From positions 5,815-69,814 of the forward strand of contig JBDGYE010000007.1 in NCBI GenBank assembly GCA_039584255.1: 64,000 nucleotides of DNA, given 5' to 3'. Below are positions 20,067 through 30,300 of this stretch, piece after piece (position 1 is the first letter of the stretch; the number at the start of each line of letters is the position of its first letter). Under the pieces are notes generated by a model, which made no database searches, was not told the origin of the DNA, and saw nothing but the letters and a program-made list of their open reading frames with translations. A program made the position numbers and the translations under genes. The stretch is from Gemmatimonadota bacterium. GTDB taxonomy: Bacteria > Gemmatimonadota > Gemmatimonadetes > Palauibacterales > Palauibacteraceae.

Positions 20067-21101
20067 TCAGCGCGCCAGAAGCACCTTCCCGAGGTTGCGT
20101 CGCTCGTGCAGGTAGCTGTGCGCCTCGGCGGCGCCCTCGCGGTCGAAGGGATAGACGCGATCGACGACGGGCCGGAGCTCGCCGGCCGCGACACCCCGGT
20201 AGATTTCCTCCAGCGCCGGCGCCAACAGACCTTCTCTTTCCTGCAGGTGGAGAAGGTGGACGCCCAACACGCCTATGTTGGGCTGCACCAGGTCGAACGG
20301 GTGGAAGCGCCGGGTGCGCAGCCACGCCAGCGCCGCTTTCGGCCAGTTGCGCTTCCCCCCCGACATGGCCGCGCTCATCCCGTAGAAGACGAGGCGACCG
20401 AGCGGAGCCAGGAGTCGGCGGCAGGCGTCGGTGGCACGCCCGCCGACGGCGTCGAGGGCCACATCGATCCCCCGCTCGCCGACGAAGCGCGCGACCTCGC
20501 GCTCCCACTCGCCGCGAGAGTCGAAGCAGGCCTCCGCAGCCAGCTCCCCTGTGACGAAATCCCGCTTGGCCCGGGTGCCGGCGGTGCCGATCACCCGCAT
20601 TCCGTGGCGCACGGCCAGCTGAACGGCGGCTGATCCCACTCCGCCGCCCGCCGCAAGGACGAGCGCCGTCTCGTCGGCCCTCGCCCGAGCGGCCTCGAAC
20701 AGGCAGACCCACGCGGTAAGAAAGACCACGGGCACCGCGGCCGCCTCGACGGCCGTGAGCGAATCCGGGTAGGAGAACACGTGCCGAACGGGGACCACAA
20801 CGTCGCGTGCGTAGCCGCCGTACCTGAGGAGCGCGACAACGGTGTCCCCCTCCCGCCAATCATCGACGTCGGGGCCAACACCCGCCACCACACCCGAGAC
20901 TTCGAATCCCGGGCTGTACGGGCGCGACGGTACGGTATCGTAGAGCCCCAGCCGCATGAACAGATCGGCGTAGTTGATGCCCGCCGCTTCGATCCGGACG
21001 TGTACCTCGCCCAGGCCGGTCTCGGGAAGCGGAACCTCCCTTTCGACAAACACTTCCGGGGGTCCGTGGCGCTCGATCAGGATCGCGCGGGTGACGCTCA
21101 C
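20067..21101 (-). CDS. Zinc-type (MDR) alcohol dehydrogenase / quinone oxidoreductase family protein
   Basis: GINYADL, GFEVSGVV and AAGGGVGSAAVQLA nucleotide-binding patterns. Convergent with gdh. Confidence 0.8.
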   Translation of the reverse strand: MSVTRAILIERHGPPEVFVEREVPLPETGLGEVHVRIEAAGINYADLFMRLGLYDTVPSRPYSPGFEVSGVVAGVGPDVDDWREGDTVVALLRYGGYARDVVVPVRHVFSYPDSLTAVEAAAVPVVFLTAWVCLFEAARARADETALVLAAGGGVGSAAVQLAVRHGMRVIGTAGTRAKRDFVTGELAAEACFDSRGEWEREVARFVGERGIDVALDAVGGRATDACRRLLAPLGRLVFYGMSAAMSGGKRNWPKAALAWLRTRRFHPFDLVQPNIGVLGVHLLHLQEREGLLAPALEEIYRGVAAGELRPVVDRVYPFDREGAAEAHSYLHERRNLGKVLLAR

Positions 21102-21446
21102 GTTACTCGATCTGTTTCATGCTGCGATGACGCCGCCTCGGAGATCTGCTCAGAGGACTCACGGGAGCGGTCTTCGAAGGCCCAAAGTTGAGGATCGGCA
21201 GCGATCCGGGCAACGGGCGGACAGTCGTGTGGTCGAGTCGTGACAGCGATGGGCGAATCCGGGCTTTTGCAACGAATTCACCCTCTTCGCCAAAGTCGGC
21301 CGGTCTACGGAGCGGCTCCGTACCTCGGCGGTCTCCGCCAATCGGCAGTCAGCACGGGCGCTCCCGTGCTGGCGGCGAGCCCGCGTCCGCGGATGGGTTG
21401 CTTCTTGCACCGTCTCCTGGTGACCCACCTCCGCTGAGAGGGAGCG

Positions 21447-21743
21447 ATGAAGCCGACGATCTACGATTGGACGCTGTACTGGGACACCGCTCTGGAGAAG
21501 GGGCAGGGCTGTCTTCCGACGAGCGTGCTGCGCTTGATCGAGGCGGCGCGTGACTACGACTCCGATGGCTTCGCCGCAGAGGCGGAGGACCTTCCGCAGC
21601 TCGAGCTCGCAGTCGCGCACATGGTATTCCACCGGGTAGAGGAGCTACACCGCAAGGAGCGCGCGTTGTCTTGCTACGCTGACGCGATCGGTGCCCTGGT
21701 TCAGCTCCTGGCCAACGAGGAGGCCCGGCGGAACGCGGCCTGA
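21447..21743 (+). CDS. Hypothetical protein (98 aa)
   Basis: The ORF has plausible composition and a hairpin 30 nt downstream. No recognisable family. Confidence 0.4.
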   Translation: MKPTIYDWTLYWDTALEKGQGCLPTSVLRLIEAARDYDSDGFAAEAEDLPQLELAVAHMVFHRVEELHRKERALSCYADAIGALVQLLANEEARRNAA

Positions 21744-21774
21744 TCCTCGGATTCACCCAGAAGAGATGTGAAAG

Positions 21775-21794
21775 GCCCCGCCACCCGGCGGGGC
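21775..21794 (+). terminator. GC hairpin downstream of the 98-aa ORF
   Basis: GCCCCGCC-ACCC-GGCGGGGC, a perfect 8-bp stem, followed by only a weak T tract (TCGTCGC). Confidence 0.4.
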
Positions 21795-22008
21795 TCGTCG
21801 CAGGGGGCTCGCATCACGCATCTACCTTGAGGTGCCCGGCCGGGCGTAGCTTGTGCTCATCGGTCGTCCGTCTTCCCGATCCACGGTCCTGGAGGAAATG
21901 AGCGGCTCAGACGCCAAAGCACCCACTACCGAGACGCGGGGCCCAGATCCGCGCGTCAGGTGGGAAGGGCCCGAGTTCAAAGCATTCCCCGGCCCGTCCG
22001 AGGGCACG

Positions 22009-22728
22009 ATGTGCCTGGGCGAAGACGAGATCCACCTCTGGGCCGCTTCTCTCTGCCTGTCCGCGGGCGTGGCGGAGGAGTTGCTCGGCGTCCTTTCGGC
22101 GGACGAGAGGGACCGCATCCGTCGCCTGCGCGTGGACCGTCAGCGTAGACGGGCGGCGGCAAGCCGGGGGCTGCTGCGATACCTTCTGGCCTCCTATACG
22201 GACACGACACCGGACCATCTTCGCTTCGAATACGGCGCAAAGGGCAAACCGGCTCTGGCCGGTCCGACACCGAACGGGTCTCTTCACTTCAGCCTCGCGC
22301 ATTCGGCGGATCTCCTCCTCGTCGGAATCGCCCGGGGACATGGCATCGGGGTCGACATCGAGCTCATGCGCCCGCTCTCGAACGTCGATCGCCTGGCGGC
22401 ACGATGCCTCTCTTCGACAGAGCGGGCCCTGTTCCGGCGAGTCCCGAGCGCGCAGAGGAGCCAGGCTTTCCTGGTCTGCTGGACGAGGAAGGAGGCATTC
22501 GCCAAGGCCATCGGCCAGGGGCTCGCCCTGCGCCCACGGCGTATAGAAGTGACGCCTCCACCCGAGCTTCCGGCCCGACTGCTGGCCGTGGACGGCGACC
22601 GGGGCAAGGCAGCGGGGTGGGAGCTATTCCACCTGGAGCCGGAGCCCGCTCACGTGGGGGCGCTCGCCGCCAGAAAGAGCGAACGGCGGATCGGGGCCTG
22701 GAACCTGGACCCGGAGATGCTCCTGTGA
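22009..22728 (+). CDS. Sfp-type 4'-phosphopantetheinyl transferase
   Basis: GAKGKPAL, FSLAHSADLLLVG, GIGVDIE and CWTRKEAFAKAIG motifs. Start uncertain (ATG at 22009, or 21898/21853). Confidence 0.8.
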   Translation: MCLGEDEIHLWAASLCLSAGVAEELLGVLSADERDRIRRLRVDRQRRRAAASRGLLRYLLASYTDTTPDHLRFEYGAKGKPALAGPTPNGSLHFSLAHSADLLLVGIARGHGIGVDIELMRPLSNVDRLAARCLSSTERALFRRVPSAQRSQAFLVCWTRKEAFAKAIGQGLALRPRRIEVTPPPELPARLLAVDGDRGKAAGWELFHLEPEPAHVGALAARKSERRIGAWNLDPEMLL

Positions 22729-24413
22729 CGGTCGTCCGAAGCGAGGTCCGGCCGGGAGTCTACCACGATTCGATCGTGCTCATGCAGCTCCAGGTCTCCC
22801 TGATGGATCTTCCCGGCGTGCTGGACGCCGGGGCCGTGATGGGGAGCCCGGAGAACCTGCAGATCCTGGAGGCGAACGAGCTCCTGCCCGAAACGCTCTC
22901 GGGAGTCCGGGCGGGTGACCTGGTGGTGGCGGTCAAGGCCGAGAGCGAAGACGACGCCGCGAGAGCGCTGCGAAGCGTGGAAGCGCTGCTCGTGCGGGGC
23001 GGTTCGGAGGTGAACGAGGACTTTCGCCCGCGCAGCCTGTCGTCTGCGGCCCGCTTGTCGCCCGGGGCCGGGTGGGTGCTGGTCTCCGTGCCAGGGCGAT
23101 ATGCCGCGGGAGTGGCGAGAGAGGCCCTCGAGCTCGGACGCCACGTCTTCCTCTACAGCGACAACGTCCCCATAGCGCAGGAGGTAGTCCTCAAGGCAGA
23201 GGCCCGTTCTCGCGGCCTGCTGGTAATGGGGCCCGACTGCGGCACCGCGATCATCAACGGCGTCGGCTTCGGCTTCGCGAACCGTGTGAGGAGAGGCGCC
23301 GTCGGACTGGTCGGGGCGGCCGGCACCGGGCTGCAGGCCGTCACGGCGGGCATCCACGCCAGGGGAGCGGGCGTCTCGCAGGCGATCGGAACCGGTGGTC
23401 GTGACCTGCAGGCCGAGGTCGGCGGCGTGACCGCGCTCCAGGGCCTCGACCTGTTGGCACGGGATCCGGAAACCCGAGTGATCGTGCTCGTCTCCAAGCC
23501 GCCGGAGCCCGCCGTCGTCGGACGCCTGCTGGCAGCGGCACAGCGAACGGGAAAGCCGGTGGTCGTGAACCTGCTCGGTTATGCGCCGCCAGCGCCCAGA
23601 TTGGGGTCCCTTCACTTTGCCGCCAGCCTCGGCGAGGCGGCCCGGCTGGCGGCAGAACTTCTTCGCGAGGAGCCGGAGAGCCGGTCTCCCGCGTCGGGAC
23701 ACCGTGCAGAGGCACGGGACTTCGGCTATCTGCGGGGACTGTTCTCCGGCGGTACGCTTGCCCTGGAGGTGCTTCAGGGGCTCCGGGCCTTTCTCGAGCC
23801 TTTGCACTCCAACATGTCGATCGACGACGTTCTGCTGCTCGCGGACCCGAGCCAGAGCGAGGCGCACTCGATTCTCGACCTGGGGGCAGACGAGTTCACG
23901 GTAGGGCGGCCGCATCCCATGATCGACAACGACCTTCGTCTGCGACGCATTCGTCAGGAGGCCGCCGACCCGGAGGTCGGGCTCATCCTGCTCGACGTGG
24001 TGCTGGGCGACGGCGCCCATCCCGATCCTGCGAGCGAGCTGGCACCGGCCATCGAGGCGGCTCGTGCGGTACGGGACGTCGAGTTCGCCGCGATCGTCGT
24101 CGGCACGGAGGAGGACCCGCAGGACCTCGGCGAGCAGGTGGAAAGCCTGGCGCGCGCGGGCGCGCGGGTCTTCCGTGACACGGCAGAGGCGCTGGAGGAC
24201 CTCGCGCGCCGCCGGCCGCGGCAGCCGGGCGTGGAGCCTCCCCCGGTTCCGCTGGATGCCTTCCAGTCTCCGGTCTCGGCGATCAACGTCGGAGTGGAGT
24301 CCTTCTTCGACAGCATCGTCGACCAGGGAGCGGACGCGCTGCATGTGGACTGGCGCCCGCCGGCCGGAGGCAACGAGAGGCTGATGGAGATCCTGAGCAA
24401 GATGGGGAGGTAG
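22725..24413 (+). CDS. fdrA: FdrA-family protein (succinyl-CoA-synthetase-alpha-like, acyl-CoA synthetase FdrA)
   Basis: N-terminus VRPGVYHDSIVLMQLQ...VMGSPENL, then the CoA-ligase-like GPDCGTAIINGVGFGFAN and GTGGRD. GTG start overlaps the PPTase TGA (GTGA at 22725-22728). Confidence 0.75.
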   Translation: MTVVRSEVRPGVYHDSIVLMQLQVSLMDLPGVLDAGAVMGSPENLQILEANELLPETLSGVRAGDLVVAVKAESEDDAARALRSVEALLVRGGSEVNEDFRPRSLSSAARLSPGAGWVLVSVPGRYAAGVAREALELGRHVFLYSDNVPIAQEVVLKAEARSRGLLVMGPDCGTAIINGVGFGFANRVRRGAVGLVGAAGTGLQAVTAGIHARGAGVSQAIGTGGRDLQAEVGGVTALQGLDLLARDPETRVIVLVSKPPEPAVVGRLLAAAQRTGKPVVVNLLGYAPPAPRLGSLHFAASLGEAARLAAELLREEPESRSPASGHRAEARDFGYLRGLFSGGTLALEVLQGLRAFLEPLHSNMSIDDVLLLADPSQSEAHSILDLGADEFTVGRPHPMIDNDLRLRRIRQEAADPEVGLILLDVVLGDGAHPDPASELAPAIEAARAVRDVEFAAIVVGTEEDPQDLGEQVESLARAGARVFRDTAEALEDLARRRPRQPGVEPPPVPLDAFQSPVSAINVGVESFFDSIVDQGADALHVDWRPPAGGNERLMEILSKMGR

Positions 24414-24417
24414 TCAG

Positions 24418-25659
24418 GTGGATATAGCGCACGCCAATCGGACGGCCGTCGAGAGGATGGCCTCGGCACGGCCGATCCTCAAGACGGTCTCCACAGCCCG
24501 CGAAGTCATACCGGGCATGAGGGACAACCTTCTCCTGCACGCCGGGCCTCCGATCGAGTGGGATCGCATGTCGGGGCCTCTCCGTGGGGCCGCGGTCGGA
24601 GCGCTCCTGTTCGAGGGCCTGGCCGCGGACGAGGCCGAGGCGACGGCACTGTCCGAGAGCGGCTCTGTGGAGTTCGCGCCCTGCCACCACCATCAGGCGG
24701 TCGGCCCCATGGCCGGTGTCATCTCCGCGTCGATGGCCGTGTACGTGCTCGAGGACGCCACTCACGGCACCAGCTCGTACTCGAACCTCAACGAGGGGTA
24801 CGGGAAGGTCCTGCGATACGGGGCCTACAGTACGGACGTCCTGGACAAGCTGCGATGGATGAACGAGGTAATGGCCCCCCTGCTCGCCGACGCGCTGGCC
24901 GGGAGTGAAGGGATCGACCTCAGGGCGCTGCTAGCGGAGGCCCTGCACATGGGCGACGAGGGACACAACCGTAACAAGGCGGGCTCGCTCCTGTACCTGA
25001 AGGCGCTGTCGCCGTTGATCGCCGGGGTGGCCGCCGACTCGTCGGTCGAGGCAGAGGTGCTGGCGTTCCTCGGCGACAATGCCCTCAGCGTCCTTAATCC
25101 GGTGATGGCCGCTTGTAAGGCGATGGCGGACGCCGCCCACGGCGTCGAAGGCAGCACGCTGGTGACCGCCATGGCTCGCAACGGTACTGACTTCGGGATC
25201 CGGGTGAGCGGGCTGGGCGACGACTGGTTCACCGCTCCGGCCGAGGTGCCCGACGGGCTCTACTTCACCGGCTTCACCAGCGCCGACGCCAACGCGGACA
25301 TCGGCGACAGCACGATCACGGAGACGGCCGGAATCGGCGGCTTTGCCATGGCCGCGGCGCCCGCCATCGTCACCTTCGTCAGCGGCACCCCGAGAGACGC
25401 GCTGAACGCCAGCCTCGAGATGTACGAGATCACGACGACCGAGCATCCGCACTTCACCATTCCGGCCTTCGACTTCCGCGGAACCCCCACCGGTGTAGAC
25501 ATCCGGAAGGTGGTCGAGCTGGGAATCACTCCGCGGATCAACACGGGCATTGCGCACCGCGAAGCCGGCGTCGGGCAGGTGGGGGCCGGACTGGTTCGCC
25601 CTCCGATGGAGATCTTCGAGAAGGCATTGCTCGCGTACGCGGACCGGTACGGGCTGTAG
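24418..25659 (+). CDS. DUF1116 (YlbE-like) protein
   Basis: LLHAGPPIEWDRMSGPLRGA...APCHHHQAVGPMAGV pattern of the YlbE/DUF1116 family that normally follows fdrA. GTG start 7 nt after a GGGGAGG RBS. Confidence 0.7.
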   Translation: MDIAHANRTAVERMASARPILKTVSTAREVIPGMRDNLLLHAGPPIEWDRMSGPLRGAAVGALLFEGLAADEAEATALSESGSVEFAPCHHHQAVGPMAGVISASMAVYVLEDATHGTSSYSNLNEGYGKVLRYGAYSTDVLDKLRWMNEVMAPLLADALAGSEGIDLRALLAEALHMGDEGHNRNKAGSLLYLKALSPLIAGVAADSSVEAEVLAFLGDNALSVLNPVMAACKAMADAAHGVEGSTLVTAMARNGTDFGIRVSGLGDDWFTAPAEVPDGLYFTGFTSADANADIGDSTITETAGIGGFAMAAAPAIVTFVSGTPRDALNASLEMYEITTTEHPHFTIPAFDFRGTPTGVDIRKVVELGITPRINTGIAHREAGVGQVGAGLVRPPMEIFEKALLAYADRYGL

Positions 25660-25819
25660 GGGCGGTTCTTCCAGGGGTCCGGACCGGGGCGATCGCGGTA
25701 TGCCAAAATGGTGCACCAATCGCTCCGCTGGCGGTAAACGGCGCAGACCAGGCAGCCGGCTGGATCTCGCAATCGAGAGCCGGATCGAAGGAAGCGACGC
25801 AAAGGGAGGCAAGGACGGG

Positions 25820-26959
25820 ATGACCGACGGGATGCGGCCGGTTCGAGAGCGGCGGATGCGTCGTCCTCCGTTGACTCACCTACGCTCCGTGCTCGCCGCG
25901 CTCGCCATCTGCTCGACCGTCACGCCGGGCCGGGCTCAAGCGCCGGCGCCACCCGCGGACTGGACCTGCGTGCCCCCGGATTCGGTCGGAGTCGAAATCG
26001 AGCGGATCGCCCGGCGCGTAGGCGGAGACATCGGGCTATCGGCGATTCACGTCGAGACGGGTGCGCGCATCTCCCTGAACGGAGACCGCCGCTTCCCGAT
26101 GGCCAGCGTATCGAAGGTCCCCATGGCTCTCGAGTTCCTCAGACGCGTCGACGCCGGTGAGATCGATCTCAAGGACAGGCTGGTTCTCCCAATAACCGAC
26201 TTCCGGGCCGGCCACAGTCCGCTCGCGAGCTGGTCGGGGGGCCGCCCCGTCACCGCCACGCTGGACAGCCTGCTGTGGCTGACGATAGGGATCTCAGACA
26301 ACACGGCCACTGACGTGATCCTGCAGTTGGCGGGGGGGCCGGAGTCGGTGACGCGCCGCCTTCGCGAGCTCGGGATCGAGGCGATCGACGTGGACAGGTC
26401 CGAGGCGCGAACCTTCGCCGACCTTTCGGGGATTCCCAACACCGTACCGGAAAGCGACCTCTACAGGTACTCCTACTTCCGCATACGCGATGCCCTTCCG
26501 CCCGAGCACAGGCGGGAGGCGCGGCTTCGGTTCGGGAACGACCCCCGAGACACAGCAACGCCGGACGCCATGGCCCAGTTGCTGGCTGAGCTTCACCTGA
26601 GGGGAGCTGGCCTCACGCCCGAATCGAGGGAGCGCCTGCTGGACTACATGACCAGAAGCAGGTCGGGTCCGCGGCGGCTCAAGGGGCTGCTCCCTCGCGG
26701 GACGCCGGTCGCCCACAAGACGGGCACCCTGGCCGGGGCGATCAACGACGTTGGAATCATCACGCTGCCGAGCGGCGCCGGCCATCTGGCCGTCGCCGTC
26801 TTCGTCAACACCCTGCAACGGACGACCTGGCGACGCGAGAGGACCATCGCCCAGGTCTCGCGCCTTCTCCACAACTCCTTCACGTCGGCAGCGGACCCCG
26901 GGGCGGTTGAGCTCCTGGCCGGGACCTGCGCGCAACAGGGAGACTCGGCCTCCGACTGA
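25820..26959 (+). CDS. Class-A beta-lactamase-like serine hydrolase with insertion and C-terminal extension
   Basis: SVSK (SxxK), SDN and KTG motifs in the correct order. Signal peptide. GGGAGG RBS 10 nt before the ATG at 25820. About 40 extra residues between the RSE (Glu166-like) position and KTG. Confidence 0.7.
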   Translation: MTDGMRPVRERRMRRPPLTHLRSVLAALAICSTVTPGRAQAPAPPADWTCVPPDSVGVEIERIARRVGGDIGLSAIHVETGARISLNGDRRFPMASVSKVPMALEFLRRVDAGEIDLKDRLVLPITDFRAGHSPLASWSGGRPVTATLDSLLWLTIGISDNTATDVILQLAGGPESVTRRLRELGIEAIDVDRSEARTFADLSGIPNTVPESDLYRYSYFRIRDALPPEHRREARLRFGNDPRDTATPDAMAQLLAELHLRGAGLTPESRERLLDYMTRSRSGPRRLKGLLPRGTPVAHKTGTLAGAINDVGIITLPSGAGHLAVAVFVNTLQRTTWRRERTIAQVSRLLHNSFTSAADPGAVELLAGTCAQQGDSASD

Positions 26960-26994
26960 GGCACGCCTGGCGGAAAGTCCCGGGATTCGGGCCT

Positions 26995-27018
26995 GCAGAG
27001 GTGTTCTGCCGTTTTTTT
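26995..27018 (+). terminator. Putative Rho-independent terminator after the beta-lactamase-like gene
   Basis: GCAGA-GGTGT-TCTGC stem followed by CG plus a T7 run. The stem is short. Confidence 0.45.
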
Positions 27019-27318
27019 CCTCGCCGTGACGCCTCGTGCACGATCGGCAGATAAGTTCACCGTTCAGGGCAACTTTCCGCTACAGGTACCGCGAAAGGAA
27101 GAGCCCCGAATCCGGCCGCTGCCGCTGGAGCGCCGCGTTGGACGCCGGACTAACATTCTTCCCTCGAATCTGCTGGATTCATGGGGCCTCCCGCTGTATC
27201 GAGTCGGCTTCCGGGACCGCCTGATCGCCGGGTACGCCGAACATGGCGGGAGTGCACTGCCCGAAAGGGCTGTCTGTGGAACGCCACTTGCTGCTGTTGG
27301 GCGTCGTTCAGGCCGTAC

Positions 27319-27340
27319 GAAGTGGCGGATCCGCCACTTC
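27319..27340. promoter_or_regulatory. Perfect 22-bp palindrome upstream of the giant gene
   Basis: GAAGTGGCGGATCCGCCACTTC. It ends 33 nt before the ATG at 27374. Confidence 0.4.
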
Positions 27341-27373
27341 CGAAGACGTGAAACCTGCTGGCCGCGACGCGAG

Positions 27374-30300
27374 ATGGCAGACGAAGCAGGACTGAGACAG
27401 CTCAGCCTGGAAGGGGCTCAGGCTTCTGACGGGGTGGCCGAGCGCTTCCACATGAGAGCGCCTCGGCCCCTGGTCGGCAGCATCCTCTGGACACCCGTCT
27501 CGCCCGACGCACCCGCCGAGGTGGAGGGCGCGTACGATGTCTTCATCACGCAGAGGGCCCTGGGCGACCTGCTCGATCACCTCGCGACGGCTCCTTCCGG
27601 CGAACGGCCATTCGGTCTTCTGTCCGGGGACCTTTGTGAGGACCTCGATGTCGGAGCCCGCTACGTGATCATCAGCGGCGTTTGCCGCTCTTCCGTCCCC
27701 CTCTCGGACGATCCTGGCGATCAGATACTGCCGAAAGCCTGGGAGGCGCTTCGGCGCCTTGCGGCAGGGATGCAGGGTAACCTGGTCGGGTGGTACCTGC
27801 GCAGCACGAAAGGTCAGCTGGAGCTCTCCGGAGACGAGCTGCTCTCGCACGAGAAGTACTTCAGCGAGCCGTGGCACAGTGCCATCATCGTCTCGGCCGA
27901 CCGGGATGAGCCTGGAGGCGGATTCCTGCGGCGAACCTCGCGCGGGTTCTCACCATCCGAGGCGCTGCCCTTCTACGAGGTCGTGACGTCTCGGGCGCTC
28001 AGCAAGGGAGAAAAGCGGACCCTGCTCGACTGGAGGAACGTCCAGACCGCGGACTCGGTCGTCCCCGGTCAGCTCGCTCCCGAGACCAGCAAGCGCGTCA
28101 TGCGGGCGGCGGAGCGCTCACAGATCGGGAGCGGAGCGGAGGTCGCGGATGCGACCGCCGATGGTCCTACCGATGGGTCCGCGCTGAGTGTTCCCTCCGT
28201 GACAGGTGCGCCTGGCGTCTTCGCCGAGGAGGTCGCTAGACGCTCTATCCTGGCCGCTGCCGCGAAGACAGCGGCAGAGATGGCAGAGAGGCGCGAACGG
28301 GCCGAGGCGGCGGCACGCGAGGCGGAAGAAGAAGCGGCCCGGCGAGCCGAAGAGCTGCAAGCGGCCCGAACCGCAGCGGAGGAAGCGGCCCGCAAGGCAG
28401 CCGAAGAGGCGGCCGAGAGAGAAGAAGCCGAGGCCGCCGTCGAGCGACGCCAGGCGGAAGACCTCGCCCGGCAGGCGGAAGAGGCCGCTCGAGTCGCCGA
28501 CGAGGAAGCTGCGCGTAGAGCCGTGGCCCTGACCTCTGCCCAGGAGGCTGCCGATAACGCAGAGAGCAGGGCGAACGAGCTTGAAACCGCCCTGAGGGCG
28601 ACGGAAGCAGATGCGGCCCGGCGTGTGGCAGAGGAGAACGCGGCGCGTGTGGCGGCCGAACAGGAGGCCGCCCGTCGCGCGGAGGAGGTGGCACTGGCAA
28701 AGGCGGCCGAGGAGGAAGCGGAGAGGAGGGCCGCCGAGCTGGAGGCGACATTGAAGGCCGCCGAAGAGGCGAGGAAGGAGGCCGAAGAGGAGGCCATGCG
28801 GCGGGCCGCCCAAGCCGAGGCGGCACGGAGGGCGGCCGAGGAGGAGGCGGCGCGACAAGCGGCCGAGCTCGAAGCCACCCTCGAGGCAGCCGAAGCGGCA
28901 CGGAAGGAGGCCGAGGAGGAGGCGAATCGGAAGGCCGCGGAGGCTCAGGCGGCGCGGAAGGCGGCGGAAGAGGAAGCCGCCCAGCGAGCGGCTGAGCTGG
29001 AAGCCACCCTCGAGGCTGCCGAGGCCGCCAGGAAATCCGCCGAGGAGGAGGCTGCTCAGCGAGCCGCGGAAGCCCAGGCCGCCCGGAAGGCGGCGGAAGA
29101 AAAAGCTGCCCAGCGAGCGGCTGAGCTGGAAGCCACCCTGGAGGCGACCGATGCCGGTAGAAAGGCCGCCGAGGAGGAGGCAGCTCGGAGGGCCACCGAG
29201 CTCGAGGCCGCCCGGAAGGCCGCCGAGGCGGAAGCCGAGCGGCAAGCCGCGGAGCTGAAGGCCACCCTCGAGGCTGCCGACGCCGCTCGCCGGGCCGCCG
29301 AGAAGAAGGCCGAGCGGCAGGCCGCGGAGCTCGAGGCCGCTCGGAAGGCCGCCGAGGCGGAAGCCGAGCGGCAGGCCGCGGAGCTTCAGGCCACCCTGGA
29401 GGCTGCCGATGCCGCCCGCCGGGCCGCCGAGGAGAAGGCAACCCGCAGGTCCGAGGAGCTCGAGGCCGCCCGGAAGGCCGCCGAGGAGGAGGCCGAGCGG
29501 CAGGCCGCGGAGCTCCAGTCCACTCTCGAGGCAGCGGAGTCCGCTAGACGAGAGGCAGAGGCGGAGGCGGCCCGCCGGACCGAGGAGCTCGAGGCCGCCC
29601 GGAAGGCCGCCGAGGAGGAGGCCGAGCGGCGAGCCGCGGAGGCGGAAGCGGCGATCCAGGCGGTAGAACAGGAGGCCGCGCGACAGTCAGCGGAAGCCGA
29701 GGCCGCTCGCACCGCCGCCGAGGAGGAAGCCGCGCGCCGCCGCGAGGAGGCGGAAGCACACAAGGCCGCCAAGGAAGAAGCCGTTCGTCGAATGGCGGAG
29801 CTCGAGTCCGCTCGAAAGAAAGCCGAAGAAGAAGCGTTGCGGTGGGCCGCGGAAGCCGAGGCCGCCCGGAGCGCCGCCGAGGAGGAAACGGCCCGCATGG
29901 CGGCCGAGCTCGAGGAGACGCGAGAGGCGGCTGCCACAGCTCGGCAGGTGGCGGAACAGGAGGCCGCCCGGCGTTCCGCAGAGGTGGAAGCGGCCAAAAG
30001 GGTGGCGGAGGAATCCGAACGGCGGGCACGGGATGCGGAAACCGCTCGTCGATCCGCCGAGGCCGAGGCCGAGACACGCAGGTCGGAGGAAGCCGCCCGC
30101 AGAGCGGCCGAGGCAGCCGCTCTCGAGAAGGCGGCCGAGCTGGAGGCCGCCCGCGAAGCAGCCCAAGATGAGGCCGAACGGCGAGCTGCCGAGGCCGAAT
30201 CAGCGCGCAGGGAGGCCGAAGAGGAGGCCAAGCAGCGAAAAGCAGAGGCCGCCGCGCGAAAGGCCGCCGAGAAGGAGGCCGCGCGTAGAGCCGATGAGCT

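Noticed and set aside
19528-20859. 443-aa minus-strand ORF spanning the gdh / quinone-oxidoreductase junction
   Set aside because: It overlaps two well-supported genes in other frames. The translation is Arg/Gly/Ala low complexity.
22650-24344. 564-aa minus-strand ORF
   Set aside because: It is antisense to fdrA, Arg-rich, has no recognisable domain, and is a typical high-GC shadow ORF.
26965-26995. GGCGGAAAGTCCCGGG resembling the conserved RNase P RNA CR-I (GAGGAAAGUCCGGGC)
   Set aside because: None of the other conserved RNase P regions (GGUAAGGGUGAAAGGGUG, ACAGAA...) occur in the 410-nt intergenic region.
27026-27373. Upstream extension of the giant ORF to the ATG at 27026
   Set aside because: This stretch has lower GC, contains the terminator-like T7 run and the 22-bp palindrome, and translates into non-protein-like sequence. 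The ATG at 27374 is preferred, though its RBS is weak and the start remains uncertain.
28730-29633. Tandem 129-bp repeats as a possible CRISPR-like or satellite array
   Set aside because: The units are contiguous with no spacers, stay in frame with the surrounding ORF, and encode a continuous helical repeat. They are a coding tandem repeat.
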